Shown here piece after piece: positions 10,709 to 22,591 of a stretch of 64,000 nt of DNA. The notes under the pieces are model-generated. The model was not told where the DNA came from. It did no database searches and worked only from the letters and a program-made list of their open reading frames with translations. The translations under genes and the position numbers were made by a program. This stretch comes from Okamejei kenojei (taxonomy: Eukaryota): NCBI GenBank assembly GCA_035221665.1, contig CM069174.1, positions 10,912,001 through 10,976,000 on the forward strand. The letters run 5' to 3'. Each line of letters starts with the position of its first letter. Position 1 is the stretch's first letter.

Positions 10709-10921
10709 TTTTTGCATATCTTTCATTCATTGTTCTTTATCTCTCCACATCACCGTCTATATCTCTCGTTTCCCTGATCCCTGGCCAGTCTGAAGAAGGG
10801 TCTCGACCCAAAACGTCGCCTATCTCCTTCGCCTCTTAGATGCTGCTGCACCCGCTGAGTTTCTCCAGCCTTTTGTGTACCCTCGATTCTCCAGCATCTG
10901 CAGTTCCTTCTTTAACACAAC
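10709..10921 (+). mobile_element. 5'-truncated Penelope-like 3' end with 18-bp target-site duplication
   Basis: ATCTCAGTGGGGTATTCT at 10691-10708 and 10922-10939. The body matches the 3' region of the GIY-YIG-encoding remnant at 38245-38455 and has a hammerhead-like core at 10790-10817 (G12->A). Confidence 0.8.
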
Positions 10922-11074
10922 ATCTCAGTGGGGTATTCTGGTTTTAAACACAATTTGGGGCTCGAGTGACCATTGCCGCCTCCAGGAGAGGGGCTCCGTC
11001 ATTGAACCACATTATAGTAGTAGATCCAGTGACTGCTCCAAGTTCCTCTGTCCACTGTCTTTCTCCTCGGTAAA

Positions 11075-11400
11075 TACTCATTGAGGACCTTGCCCATCTC
11101 CTGTGGCTCCACACAGAGGTGACCGCTTTGATTCCTGAAAGGCCCCACTCTCTCTCTCGTTACCCTTTTCCCCCTTATGTATTTATAATATCTTTTGGGA
11201 TTGTCCTTAATGCTACCTGCCAGAGCTATCTCCTGGCCCCTTTTTGCCCTTATGATTTCCTTTTTTAGTTTACTCCTTCGTTCCCAAAGCTCCTCCAGGG
11301 ATGCAGTTGATCCCTGCTGCCTCTACATCCTTCTTGTTTTTGACTAATGTCTCAATTTCCCTCGTCAGCCAAGCTTCCTTTGTCCTTCACTCCACCGGAG
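11075..11400 (-). mobile_element. CR1-type LINE ORF2 internal fragment
   Basis: Minus strand reads VTRERVGPFRNQSGHLCVEPQEMGKVLNEY, typical of the CR1 ORF2 region between EN and RT. Confidence 0.65.
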
Positions 11401-12499
11401 AAGGTAGACGAGGCAGGTAGCATAACAGCATTTAAAAGACATTTGATCAGCTACATGGATATGCAAGGTTTGGAGGGATATGGGCTACATGCAGGCAGGT
11501 GGGACTAACAATTTTGGTCAGCATGAGCAAGTTGGGCTGAAGGGCTTGTTTCTGTGCTGTTTGAATCTGTGACTCTTCTAAATAAAAGTTCAAGGATAGC
11601 AACAAGCGAGATTGGGAATTCATCCATAGACTATGAGAGGACTGTTCAACAATAGGATACTTCCTCCAGTACATCTGTACAAATTGGTCACTGGAGACAT
11701 GAGACATTTCCTAAACCTTCTGAGGAAGTCGAGGCATTGGTGTACTTTCTTGGCAAGTTGCAGTGGATCGAGGCTGTCTGGGAAGCTGGAGTTGATGTGC
11801 ACCATGTGCACGGTGCCAAAAAAAGTGCAAAGTCCGCAACGATGTAGGTTGGAAGATTGGGACTACATCCTTATGAGAGGCCCATTTAGTGATGCATCTT
11901 TTGCCGGGAGGGGGAGGGGATGAGAGGGAATGATCGGGATGTGAGTGATCCTTGATTACGTTTTTGTTGTTGGAGGAAAGGGAGAAGGGCAGAAGGTTTT
12001 AAGGAATATGGTTATAGGGACACGAATGGCGTGGAAACAATCCCACCCTGAACGTTCCAAGGGTCGTGAGTGAAGGGTTAACTTTGTTGAGGGGGAAGTA
12101 ATGACAGCTGATTTGGAGGAGGCAAAATCTGAGAAATCTGCAAATACTGTGGGTGAAGAAGGGAAGGTGAGTCGTTATCAGAGAAGTAATTCTCTCTTGT
12201 ATTTGATCTCTTTCGATCAGCTTCAACTCCTCAGAATTCCCCACACCAATCCCATTAAGTGATTTCCCCCCACCCCCCTCCCCCCTTCATAGTCAGAGAC
12301 CTGAGACCCTCTCCATAAATACCTTTTCAACATTCCCCTCACCTCTTGTATTTTTTTGTTCAATGGTTCTTTGATTCCTGGGACACAGGCAGCAGCAACT
12401 GAGTTGTGTCACTCTGTGGATTCAGACTGTGCAGATCCTGCCATCTACTGGCCATTGCTAGTATTTCAGACCAACTATTTTAGATTCTGCAGCAGTGAA

Positions 12500-12675
12500 T
12501 GAAGCAGCATCTCTGGAGAAGGTTGCTAGGTACCGTTTAGGGTCAGGAAGTCTACAAAAGGGTCCCAACCCGAAATGTCATCCAATCCACGTTCTCCGGA
12601 GATACTGCCTGACCCACTGAGTGACTCCAGCACTTTGTCATTTTTTTGTAAACCAGCATCTGCAATTCCTTGTTT
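12500..12675. mobile_element. Penelope-derived palindromic element (degenerate)
   Basis: gcagcatctctggagaa ... gggtcccaacccgaaatgtca ... ctccggagatactgcc ... ccagcatctgcaattcc. Confidence 0.65.
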
Positions 12676-12714
12676 TTAACCTTGGGTCTGGAGGATTTGT
12701 TACTGCTGGATGTA

Positions 12715-14305
12715 CATAGAACAGTACAGCATAGAAACAGGCCCTTTGGCCCATGATGTCTGCGCTGGCTACAATGCTAATTTAAACTGCACATTTGCTT
12801 GCACACGATCCATACATAGCCTTGCAATCCTTGTCTGTTCATGTGAATGCCTAAATACCTCTTAAACATTGCTATAGTATCTGCTTCCACCACTTCATCA
12901 GGCAGTGTGTTCCACCTACTAACTTCTTCAATCGCCTTTAAATTTTTTGCCTCTCACCTTAAAACTTAGCCCTTTTGTGGATGTGGTATATCTGGACTTC
13001 CAGAAGGCTTTCGACAAGGTCCCACATAAGAGATTAGTATACAAACTTAAAGCATACGGTATTAGGGGTTCAGTATTGATGTGGATAGACAACTGGCTGG
13101 CAAACAGGAAGCAAAGAGTAGGAGTAAACGGGTCCTTTTCACAATGGCAGGCAGTAACTAGTGGGGTACCGCAGGGCTCAGTGCTGGGACCCCAGCTATT
13201 TACAATATATATTAATGATCTGGATGAGGGAATTGAAGGCAATATCTCCAAGTTTGCGGATGACACTAAGCTGGGGGGCAGTGTTCGCTGTGAGGAGGAT
13301 GCTAGGAGACTGCAAGGTGACTTGGATAGGCTGGGTGAGTGGGCAAATGTTTGGCAGATGCAGTATAATGTGGATAAATGTGAGGTTATCCACTTTGGTG
13401 GCAAAAACAGGAAAGCAGACTATTATTTAAATGGTGGCCGATTAGGAAAAGGGGAGATGCAGCGAGACCTGGGTGTCATGGTACACCAGTCATTGAAAGT
13501 AGGCATGCAGGTGCAGCAGGCAGTGAAAAAAGCGAATGGTATGTTAGCTTTCATAGCAAAAGGATTTGAGTACAGGAGCAGGGAGGTTCTACTTCAGTTG
13601 TACAGGGTCTTGGTGAGACCACACCTGGAGTATTGCGTGCAGTTTTGGTCTCCAAATCTGAGGAAGGACATTATTGCCATAGAGGGAGTGCAGAGAAGGT
13701 TCACCAGACTGATTCCTGGGATGTCAGGACTGTCTTATGAAGAAAGACTGGATAGACTCGGTTTATACTCTCTGGAATTTAGGAGATTAAGAGGGGATCT
13801 TATAGAAACTTACAAAATTCTTAAGGGGTTGGACAGGCTAGATGCAGGAAGATTGTTCCCGATGTTGGGGAAGTCCAGGACAAGGGGTCACAGCTTAAGG
13901 ATAAGGGGGAAATCCTTTAAGACCGAGATGAGAAAGACTTTCTTCACACAGAGAGTGGTGAGTCTCTGGAACTCTCTGCCACAGAGGGTAGTTGAGGCCA
14001 GTTCATTGGCTATATTTAAGAGTGAGTTGGATGTGGCCCTTGTGGCTAAGGGGATCAGAGGGTATGGAGAGAAGGCAGGTACGGGATACTGAGTTGGATG
14101 ATCAGCCATGATCATATTGAATGGCGGTGCAGGCTCGAAGGGCTGAATGGCCTACTCCTGCACCTAATTTCTATGTTTCTATGTTTCTATGTTTAATATT
14201 TGACTTTTCCTCTCTGGGGAAAAAAGACTGTGACTATCTACCCTGTCTGCATCTCTCATAACTTTATATACCTCTATTGCGTCTTCCCTCAGCCTCCGTA
14301 GCTCT
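12715..14305 (-). mobile_element. Old antisense CR1/L2 3' fragment split by a young CR1 insertion
   Basis: 12715-12976 (acagtacagcatagaaacaggccctttggccc...) and 14194-14305 (tttgacttttcc...ctatctaccctgtc...ttatatacctctat) are consecutive parts of one LINE 3' end. Confidence 0.6.
12977..14193 (+). mobile_element. Young 5'-truncated CR1 LINE: open RT C-terminal ORF + 3' UTR + (tttctatg)n tail
   Basis: Uninterrupted ORF with VDVVYLDFQKAFDKVPH, GVPQGSVLGP, KFADD, WQMQYNVDKC and RPHLEYC motifs, stop at 14092, octamer-repeat tail 14168-14193. Confidence 0.95.
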
Positions 14306-14799
14306 GATGTTTAGGAGACATCAGTGATTTCCAGGAAAGCCATTTCTACTTTGCCTTTCCTCTGGAACATGGTAGTAATATTTTAAGATTTAATATTTTA
14401 AGTAATACTTTTCACCGAGTCCTTTTTTCCAAGCATTGAACCATTTTAATGCTGGAACAGGCTTACCATCTGGAGTTATTCAGTTTTGATTCTATTGTCA
14501 AGAATGCAGAAGAAGTTCTGGATTACACAGTGACAGGATGAACATTTTATTATGCAATTACTTATTGCAAGTGAGTTTTTAAAAGGCCTTTTGCTGCTTT
14601 TTGTCTGTGCATAACTCTACATAGCTGCAGTGTGCTGGCACTCCAAGCACAGACTGCTTGATCTCCTGCCTCTTGATCCTTGATTCATTCCTGAGTTGCT
14701 TTTGGGTGCCTTCTGCAAAATTGCACTTGCACAGACCTGAGGTCAGGTGCTGCAGTCCATCGAAGGAGTCCTTGCATGGATGTACAAAATCCCATGGCA

Positions 14800-14910
14800 C
14801 CTGAAGGGTCCCAATCTGAAACGTCACCTACGTATTCCAGAGATGCTGCCACACCCGCTAAGTTACTCCAGCACTTTGTCTCCTCTTGTGCGAACCAGCA
14901 TCTGCAGTTA
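14800..14910 (+). mobile_element. Penelope-derived terminus
   Basis: cctgaagggtcccaatctgaaacgtcacc...ccagagatgctgcc...accagcatctgcagtt. Confidence 0.65.
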
Positions 14911-15149
14911 CTTGGGATGGTATAGATTTCCAAATATGTATTCGGGAAATCGGGAGCGATGGAGACAGTGCAGGAAATTGGAGCTGAAATGTGATCAGCC
15001 ATTATCTGGATGAATGGTTCCTTCCTGCTGCTTTATTTTATTTTTAATGTAAATGTGCACAATAAAATCCCAGAAATGACATTGACATAAATGAGCAGAT
15101 AATGTGCTTTAATGATTGAGGGAGTCGCAGCTCTTGGGCAATTCCACTT

Positions 15150-15350
15150 GCTCTTCAGGTGCCATGGGATTTTGTACATCCATGCAAGGACTCCTTTCAA
15201 CATCTCATCTGGAAGACTGAATCCCCGCCTGGGTGTCTCCCTCTCAGTATGGCACTGGGAGCATCAGCCTGGATTGGGGGATGGCTCCAGCGTGGGACTC
15301 CAACCCACGACCTCAGTGGCGAGAGGAATCCCTGCGGAACCACAGCTGGG
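15150..15350 (-). mobile_element. tRNA-derived Deu-type SINE fragment (SacSINE1-like)
   Basis: Reverse complement matches the 21215 and 36980 copies (gatgagatgttgaa...ggatgtacaaaatcccatggcac; B-box-like gggttggagtcc). Confidence 0.6.
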
Positions 15351-15974
15351 TCGGTATTCCATTCCCTGGTCCCGACATCCTTCACCTTGACAGGCAGGAA
15401 ATCTTAAAGAAAATGTTATTTATGTACAGAGCAGACTGGGGTGAGTGCAGCTGCATTCCTATCGCATGTAGTTGGGGGATTTGGCAAATTGTTGCCAATG
15501 CCTGGAATACCTAGCAACGGGACGCAGTTTCTACCTGTCTCGTTTATTCCATCTTCACACCTGCTAGTGTTGAATTATTGCATTGTTTTTCATATTGTTT
15601 GCAACTTCAGACAATGTTTTCCACCGATAACCGAGTGACTGTCTGGAGCTGTCCGCCTTTTGTGGAGCCACACGGGAACTGGTGGAGGCCATTCAGCCAC
15701 GGGCCTGTCTATCGTTTGGGTTGATCTGCAACTCATCCTTGTTCATGTGCCTTTGCTCTGTAGCCCCTGGTGTCTTCAACCAGTTCTGGCATTTCCATGC
15801 TACCCCAGTAATCACTGCTCTTTGTGGGGGCGAGCTGTAGAATTCTGACACTACAACAATGTTTCTTGGTTCAATCCTTGAATTTTGCAATGAATTTTCA
15901 GTTTTCTCTGGATTACCACACCAGAGAAATTGTTCTGCTTTTGTTTATTGCTTCAAACACCCCGGTTAGAATTG

Positions 15975-16178
15975 TGCAGGGAGGAACTGCAGATGCTGGT
16001 TTAAATCGAAGACGGACACAAAAGACTGGAGTAACTCAGTGGGTCAGGCAGCATCTCTGGAGCAAAGGAATAGGGGACGTTTCAGTCAGAAGAAGGGTCT
16101 CGATCTGAAATGTCACCTATTCCTTTTCTCCAGAGATGCCGCCTGACCCGATGAGTTACTCCAGTATTTTGTGTCCGA
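15975..16178. mobile_element. Penelope-derived palindromic element with ~14-bp imperfect TSD
   Basis: acccggttagaatt (15959) / accctggttagaact (16178) flank inverted arms. Confidence 0.75.
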
Positions 16179-17864
16179 CCCTGGTTAGAACTGCCTTCCA
16201 TCACAGAATCATAGATATTTATAACATTAAAGAGGGACACCACTCATCCTGCCCGACAATCTTCTGCAGTGGATGTGAAGAGCAAAATGCCCTGCCTTGA
16301 GTGGAGTGGTAAACACTCTGTCGCTGTTAATCTATCTGTGAACTTTCTCTACCAACTATGTCGCCCACAAAGTTTGTAATGAAATTCTGGCTGTTTCAGT
16401 TACCAATATTAGCTTTAAATCCACATTTATTTAAATATACTTTCATGTAAACTCTCAGTTGCTATAATGAGATTCAAACTCGAGTAGCTAGATCTCTAGT
16501 GAATTCTGACTGCTGGTCTGGTAATTTAACCACAGCTACTGTAACCACACTTTCTAGTGGGTGCACAGATGCTGTAGAGAGACCATGTGGATAGCCTATG
16601 TGGACACATTGCAGTCATCTTTCTCCTATGAGATGACCTGCTTGTTCACAAGGCAATCCCTTGTGCTGTTGCCAACATCAGTGCAACTGTACTAAGGGGT
16701 GGCTTAACAGTGGGGAAGTGGGGTACTGTTGGTACGAGTCAATGTACTGTGCCATTCAGGGTAGCTTGATTCATTTAGTTCATGCACGGAGGGGGAATAA
16801 ACTGGAGGAAAATTACAACAGGTCTTTCTCATGCTGTGGTGAAGAATGGAGGCCCAGCAGCAGAACACCATCCTGCCCTTCTTGGCTGTGAAGTGCCCTG
16901 TACACATGAAGAGGAGGGAAGCGGGGTGCCTATGGAGGGGTACGTGTAATGGCACGTGTAAGAGAGGCTCAGCACCTCCTCTTGATGCCAAATCTAAAAT
17001 GGAATTGCATCTTGCTACCATCTGAGGCTTGTGGAGATCTGAGCACTGTAATATTAAGGGGCTCACCTTTTCTGGGAGCCCATCTGTTTACATGAAAGAA
17101 ATGGAAGGAAATTCCTCATGCAGATTGCTTCTGCTGGAGTTTTTCCTAAAGGACATCTCTGGAAAGATCAAGGTTGAGAGGAGGAATCCCTTGTTTAACA
17201 GGAGAACTACATTCTCTTAATGCAAGGCCAAATATAATGGAACACCCAGGGAGTCCAAGAGTTGCATCTGCACTGTTGACACTATTATTTAAGTACATCG
17301 AAAAAATGTGAAACATTTCAGCATCAAAGCAGATGCTAAAATATTTTTACAATGTTTCCTTAAACAATGCCAAAATATGTTTTCAGACACTGCGTGATAT
17401 CGGCTCAAGCCAGGCATTTGAAGAATTGTTTCCTACTGACCATAAGCGATTGTTGGCTACCTGCGTCCCAGCCCATTCCAAGGACTTGACCTGAATGGAG
17501 TGGTTGCACCAGCAGGAAGGACTCTTTATCCCAGTAAGGAAGTTTCCCCAGTAGATGTCTTTAAAGCCATGGTAGGGTTTGTGCGGGCTCACTGTAGACA
17601 CGATGCTTTCACCTGTGGGGAAGACCAGAACCCAAGGTTGTAAAGATACGATCAGTGATGATTGTAACATGGCATTCTGGACAGCAGAGAGAATGTGAGG
17701 GTGGCTCCCATGCGGAAGAGTTTAGGTAAACAGCAGAGAAACGTGTAAGAGGAAGCTAGATAAAGACACAAATGATAGAAGGATGTGGCGGTGAGGTAGA
17801 TGGAGAGAGATGGGTGGAGTATGAATACCAGGATAGATAAATTGGGCCAAATGGACGTCTGTGC

Positions 17865-18132
17865 CTTTGATGTCGGTAGTCGCCAATGGAAATCACCAAA
17901 GTCAGCACCGGCATCAACCTACGTCATCCTGGCAACAGCACCTACGTCAGGCTACGATTGTTGGTGTCAAGCCCACGTGCGCCGACTGTCACCGAAAAGA
18001 TTTGAACATTTCAAAATCCAGTGGTGACCAGAAAAAAGGTGTGACTCTTTGGGCGGCTGAGGAGACCATACAGGCGACACCCTGGCGATAGCCTAGTCGC
18101 CTAAAAAAATCGCCTAAGTGGGACAGGGGCAT
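17865..18132. mobile_element. PIF/Harbinger-like MITE, one end only
   Basis: Ends gtcgcctaaaaaaatcgcctaagtgggacagggg, resembling a GGGCCTGTCCCACTT-type TIR in reverse, with repeated gtcgcc/ggcgac submotifs. The other TIR was not found. Confidence 0.5.
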
Positions 18133-18156
18133 TCACTAAGGCAAAGACACCTTAGT

Positions 18157-18360
18157 AAGAAGGAACTGCAGATGCGGGTGTAAACCGAAGACAGACGATG
18201 CTGGAGTAACTCAGCGGGCCAGTCAGCATCTGTGGAGAGAAGGAATGGCTGACGTTTCAGGTCGCGACCCTTCTTCAGACTGTCTTCATAGACAGCCATT
18301 CCTTCCCTCCACAGATGCTGCCTGACCCGCTGAGTCACTCCAGCACTCTGCGTCTATCTT
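18157..18360. mobile_element. Penelope-derived palindromic element
   Basis: Inverted arms; minus-strand core CUGAAGA-A-GGGU-CGCG-ACCU-GAAAC-GUC at 18251-18278. Confidence 0.75.
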
Positions 18361-18419
18361 ACATGGAAGTTCATTTGGAGGGCGTAACTTAAAAATAGAG
18401 AGCATTGTTGGTCAGGGTA

Positions 18420-18900
18420 AACGTATCCCGGCTCTCCATAGTTTTCCCAGGCACGATCGTCCCCTCCTGTCGTCAACGGAATCGGTGACGCTCGCCGCCT
18501 CCGCGCAACCTACCCTGATAGTCCACGGCCGACTGCTGATTGACGTGCGGGTAAACCAATTGCAGGGTGTCTGAGGACGAGCGCGAACCGTTCCACCAAA
18601 CAGCAGCGAGTGGGGGCGGTGCATCCCCTCCCCCGTGACAGGTTAGGTTGAGCGGTGGAGGACTTGCTGGTCGCAGTTAAAGGTGGTGAGTGGAGGGGCT
18701 GTTGTCTCGGATGGTTTTAGTGCTTTTGAATGTATAATACCCGTTTCTTGTGAATTAAGCGGATTAATTAAACGGCCTATTTCCCGTAAAATGTCCGTGC
18801 TCGTTAAGGGAAGGCCTTCTGAGCCTGCCTTTTGACATCTGCTCAAGTTTCAATATTGTCGTTTTCACCTCGCCCTGCCGCATCATTCCCGTTTTTAAAA
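18420..18900 (+). promoter_or_regulatory. CpG-rich promoter / probable non-coding exon 1 of ORMDL2
   Basis: Locally high CpG density; TGACGT at 18541 and CCAAT at 18556-18560; candidate donor ACAG|GTTAGG at ~18641; nearest CpG island upstream of the ORMDL2 ATG exon. Confidence 0.6.
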
Positions 18901-21214
18901 AAACCCAAATCACTTCATATTAAGGAAATAAGTAGTCCTCAGATGGGGTTTTAGCAGTTCTGGTGGAAATTTTACTGGGAGATGATACACCGTGTTTTAA
19001 AGTTCGTACTTTTAAAAGGATTAGTTTCCTTTAAAAATAAATCAATTGTTCTTGTTGCTTTGTTATCGTTATGCCACTTTGTTTTTGGTGGTTTGAGTAC
19101 CTGGGCCATTATAACAATGAACTAAACCAATACACTTCACATAGGTAGAGTTTCTCATTGCCTGGTTTAGAATGTGCACACATCTTTACTTGGAGGGCCC
19201 AGAAACCTTAGGTAAGAGAATATGATTTGGAACCTAGGGAGAATTTAACCAGCCAAAAGCCCAAAGAGTGATAAATTAGAGAATGTCTGTCTGTCCAATT
19301 AGGTATTTGTATTGATTGGGACATTGGCCTGCAGGGTTATCTGTAGCTGAGCTCCCACCTAGTTATAGTAGCTCCATGTCCAGGATGGCAAGTCAATTTT
19401 CAACTGCCCCCTGGATTACAGTCAACTTGACTGGTACAGGCACCATTTGAGTGAGATTGCTGTCAAGGTCCCAGATTCCAGTGCTGGTGGTGTTTTCCTG
19501 GAGCTATTCCTAACTTCAATGAACCCTGACTGTCCCTCCCCAAAGAGGATACATTTTACCTTGTATACATTGTAAAGAAATGAAAAAAATCTTGTCGGAC
19601 AGTTTTTCAAAAAGATTCCCTGTAAAGTATGTTTGTTTGTGCACACCAAAAAAAATTAAAATGGATCACTCTGCAGTTGATAGGCCTTTTCTCAGTGTGT
19701 ATAAGGTCAGGTGCCTAAACTAGTTGATAAAATTCTATTATCCTAGCCTATTTGTGGATTCTGGTATGTGATCTTTGGATTTTATTGTGAACAATGATGT
19801 GGTAATGCTTTTAATGTAGTTAGACATCTTCATAGAAGCATCATATGAGAAGAATTGAGGGCTAACTGGTTGATCAGAAGCACAGTCACTAAGAGGCTTC
19901 AATAAGTATAGTGAAGATGGAAAGGCAGAGCATATCCCTATTCTCCAAAAGCCTTTCCACCATCTCCAGAACATAAGCGAAGGGTGTGATGGGTTAAGTC
20001 CAGCATGAGCTGATAACACAGGCCCCAGTGGTGGGGCAATAGAAGTGGATGATGGTCAAAAGGCTAGAAATGGAGGAACAAATAGATCTAGGGAAGTGGA
20101 GGGGTTAGAGGTTACAGGGATATGAAAGGGTAAAGACTGAAAGGATTTGAACATGACAGTGAGAATGATTAAGATGGCATTGTTAAACCAGGAGCCGCAA
20201 ACAGGAGGGTTAATGGGACTAGGTGCAGGTTCGGACTAAGGGGCAAGAGATTTCTGGATGGACTAAAGGCTTGGAAGATTGGAAGAAAGCTCTGCTGAAG
20301 TTATATTGGACAAGTTATGTAGTTCCTACATTGCCTGATGCAGTCTGTTCTGCTCTGATTTCTGCACCGATTGGAAGCACAGCTGCCACCTTATGCAACT
20401 GAATCAACTTATTTCTCCTGCGTTGCACGCAAACTGTAGCAGAAGCACGCAGCCTGTATTTAAATGAGGGGGCAACAGCAACTGTGGAGCAGCGCAAATG
20501 GGCTGGGCAAAATGCGCAAGCAGCGCCAGTGCATCCAGAGCGCAATTTCATCCCCTGGCAGGGCAGATTGGCACTGTCTCGCTATCTCCATTGAGCAGGA
20601 GCTCAAACCCATTGCAGACACGTTTCTTTCTGGCATCTCCTTGCCTCAGCATGAGCTGTGTTCATGAGGCCAGTGCCTGCTCCACTACCTTTCTTCCTCA
20701 CTTAGCCCTGGAGAGGTGGTTGGCGTGAGGCAAGAGAGGCTGTGCTTTCATAATGGGAACTTTGACTTTCCAATTTTACATTCTGGCAAATGCGTCAAGA
20801 TCTTTTACTAAATGGTCTCAAGTGAATGCAGTAAAAGCTAATTCAGTGCAAGCCTCCCTTAGCAGAGCCTGTTGACATATTCATCTTGATAACTGATGGC
20901 CATTTTTACCAGCAAAGGGAATGTCCTTGTCATTGGCACCTGTTCTGAATTTTTTTTGAATTACAAGCAGGATTGTCTCTGATGAATCTCATTGAGAATT
21001 GTGAGCAGTCATTCCATAGGTTACGGATTTCAAAATCAGATCACAAACTCCAAGGTAAGTCATAGGCTGCAGTCAACAGAATGACATAAAACACAGTAAA
21101 ATCCTAGTGAATTTTCTGGTAATGCCTTTAATTCCAATGTACAGACAAATCACTGCTCCTACCTCTGGGTTATAATCCTGTTTCAGTGACACATCGTGTG
21201 AATTTTCACAGAGA

Positions 21215-21510
21215 CTCTGTGAGGCAAGTGCTGAACTGGTCGCGTTCTTGCACGAGTTCAAAGTTATGGGTTCAAACTCCGCTCTAGGGATTTGAGCACA
21301 AAATTCAGGCCAGCGCAGAACTGGGGATGTGCTGAACTGTCAAGAGGCAGATGTGACATTAAACCAGGGCCCTGTCTGCTCTCTTGGGTGGCTGTGTAAG
21401 ATCTCACAAGTACTGTTTGGAGAAACAGCAGAGGAGATCCCCTCAGTGTTCTGGTCAAAGATTATCCCTCAACCATCATCACTACTGTGTTAAGTGATCA
21501 TTTGTTTTGG
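21215..21510 (+). mobile_element. Deu-type SINE (SacSINE1/AmnSINE1-like)
   Basis: tRNA-like head (gggttcaaactcc B box), then Deu-domain-like gatgtgacattaaaccagggccctgtctgctctc...aagatctca...ttatccctcaacc. Confidence 0.65.
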
Positions 21511-21523
21511 TTCTAGTAGTGGG

Positions 21524-21998
21524 ATAATAGACAATAGGCGCAGGAGTAGGCCATTCGGCCCTTTGAGCCAGCACCGCCATTCAATGTGATCATGGCTGAT
21601 CATCCCCAATCAGTACCCTGTTCCTACCTTCTCCCCATATCCCCTGACTCCGCTATTTTTAAGAGCCCTATCTAGCTCTGTTGAAAGCATCCAGAGAACC
21701 CGCCTCCACCGCCCTCTGAGGCAGAGAATCCCACAGACTCACCACTCTCTGTGAGAAAAAGTGTTTCCTCGTCTCCGTTCTAAATGGCTTACCCCCTATT
21801 CTTAAATTGTGGCCCCTGGTTCTAGACTCCCCCAACATCGGGAACATGTTTCCTGCCTCTAGCGTGTCCAAACCCTTAACAATCTTATATGTTTCAATGA
21901 GATCCCCTTTCATCCTTCTACACTCCAGAGTGTACAAGCCCAGCTGCTCCATTCTCTCAGCATATGACAGTCCTGCCATCCCGGGAATTAACCTTGTA
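21524..21998 (-). mobile_element. CR1/HER1-type LINE 3' fragment
   Basis: ORF 21668-22012(-) RLIPGMAGLSY...MLGESRTRGH...FFSQRVVSLW; tattgtc tail. Confidence 0.9.
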
Positions 21999-22044
21999 GC
22001 TGCTCTGTACACATTGGCAAGCCAGTTAAGAGCCAGGAGTTACA

Positions 22045-22215
22045 AAGAACTGCAGATGTTTGTTTAAACAATAAGACACAAAGCGCTGGAGTAATTTAGT
22101 GACCAGGCAGCATCTCTGGAGAACATGGATAGGGTGCTTCGGGTCACCACACCTATCCATGTTCTCCAGAGATGCTGCCTGATCCACTGAATTTCTCCTG
22201 CACTTTGTGTCCTTT
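22045..22215. mobile_element. Penelope-derived palindromic element
   Basis: gaactgcagatg...ggcagcatctctggagaacatggatagg / cctatccatgttctccagagatgctgcc inverted arms. Confidence 0.7.
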
Positions 22216-22417
22216 TTAAAAAATGCTGTGAGTGCTGCTTTGTTGCTCGTGTGTGTCAACACTGGGAAAACACTGCCTTTGGTAGGATATTAATGAAATC
22301 ACTTCCTTTCTGCATGAGAGCTGCGGAAGCCATTGGCAGACTGTAAGTGGAGTGCACACAAAGAGGAGCATGTTCTTTTTTGTTTGAGCTTTGCCCTTCT
22401 TTAAAGTAGGAGACAGG

Positions 22418-22591
22418 ATGAACGTTGGTGTCGCTCACAGTGAGGTTAATCCCAACACTCGGATAATGAACAGCCGGGGGATCTGGCTAGCTTACCTCAT
22501 TTTAGTTGGAATTCTCCACGTCGTCCTGCTGAGTATTCCATTCTTCAGCATTCCGGTGGTGTGGACGCTCACTCATGTCATCCACAACTCG
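22418..22591 (+). CDS. ORMDL2: ORM1-like protein 2, coding exon 1
   Basis: [58 protein letters not shown], 174 nt, GTGAGT donor. GIWLAY and FFSIPVV are ORMDL2-type. Confidence 0.93.

Noticed and set aside
12947-14092. Host gene or retron/group II-type reverse transcriptase (381-aa ORF)
   Set aside because: Motifs and the 3' tail identify a 5'-truncated CR1 LINE; the first ~10 codons come from flanking sequence.
15975-16178. Palindromic elements as classical DNA-transposon MITEs or pre-miRNAs
   Set aside because: Variable 13-18-bp TSDs, unequal arm lengths and identity with the terminus of GIY-YIG-encoding remnants indicate a Penelope origin.
18380-18520. SARNP first exon divergent from the ORMDL2 promoter
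   Set aside because: The only minus-strand ATG frame I found here (MESRDTFTLTNNALYF*) has no SARNP resemblance or splice donor.
21215-21300. tRNA gene
   Set aside because: Only a degenerate B-box head of a SINE; no cloverleaf.
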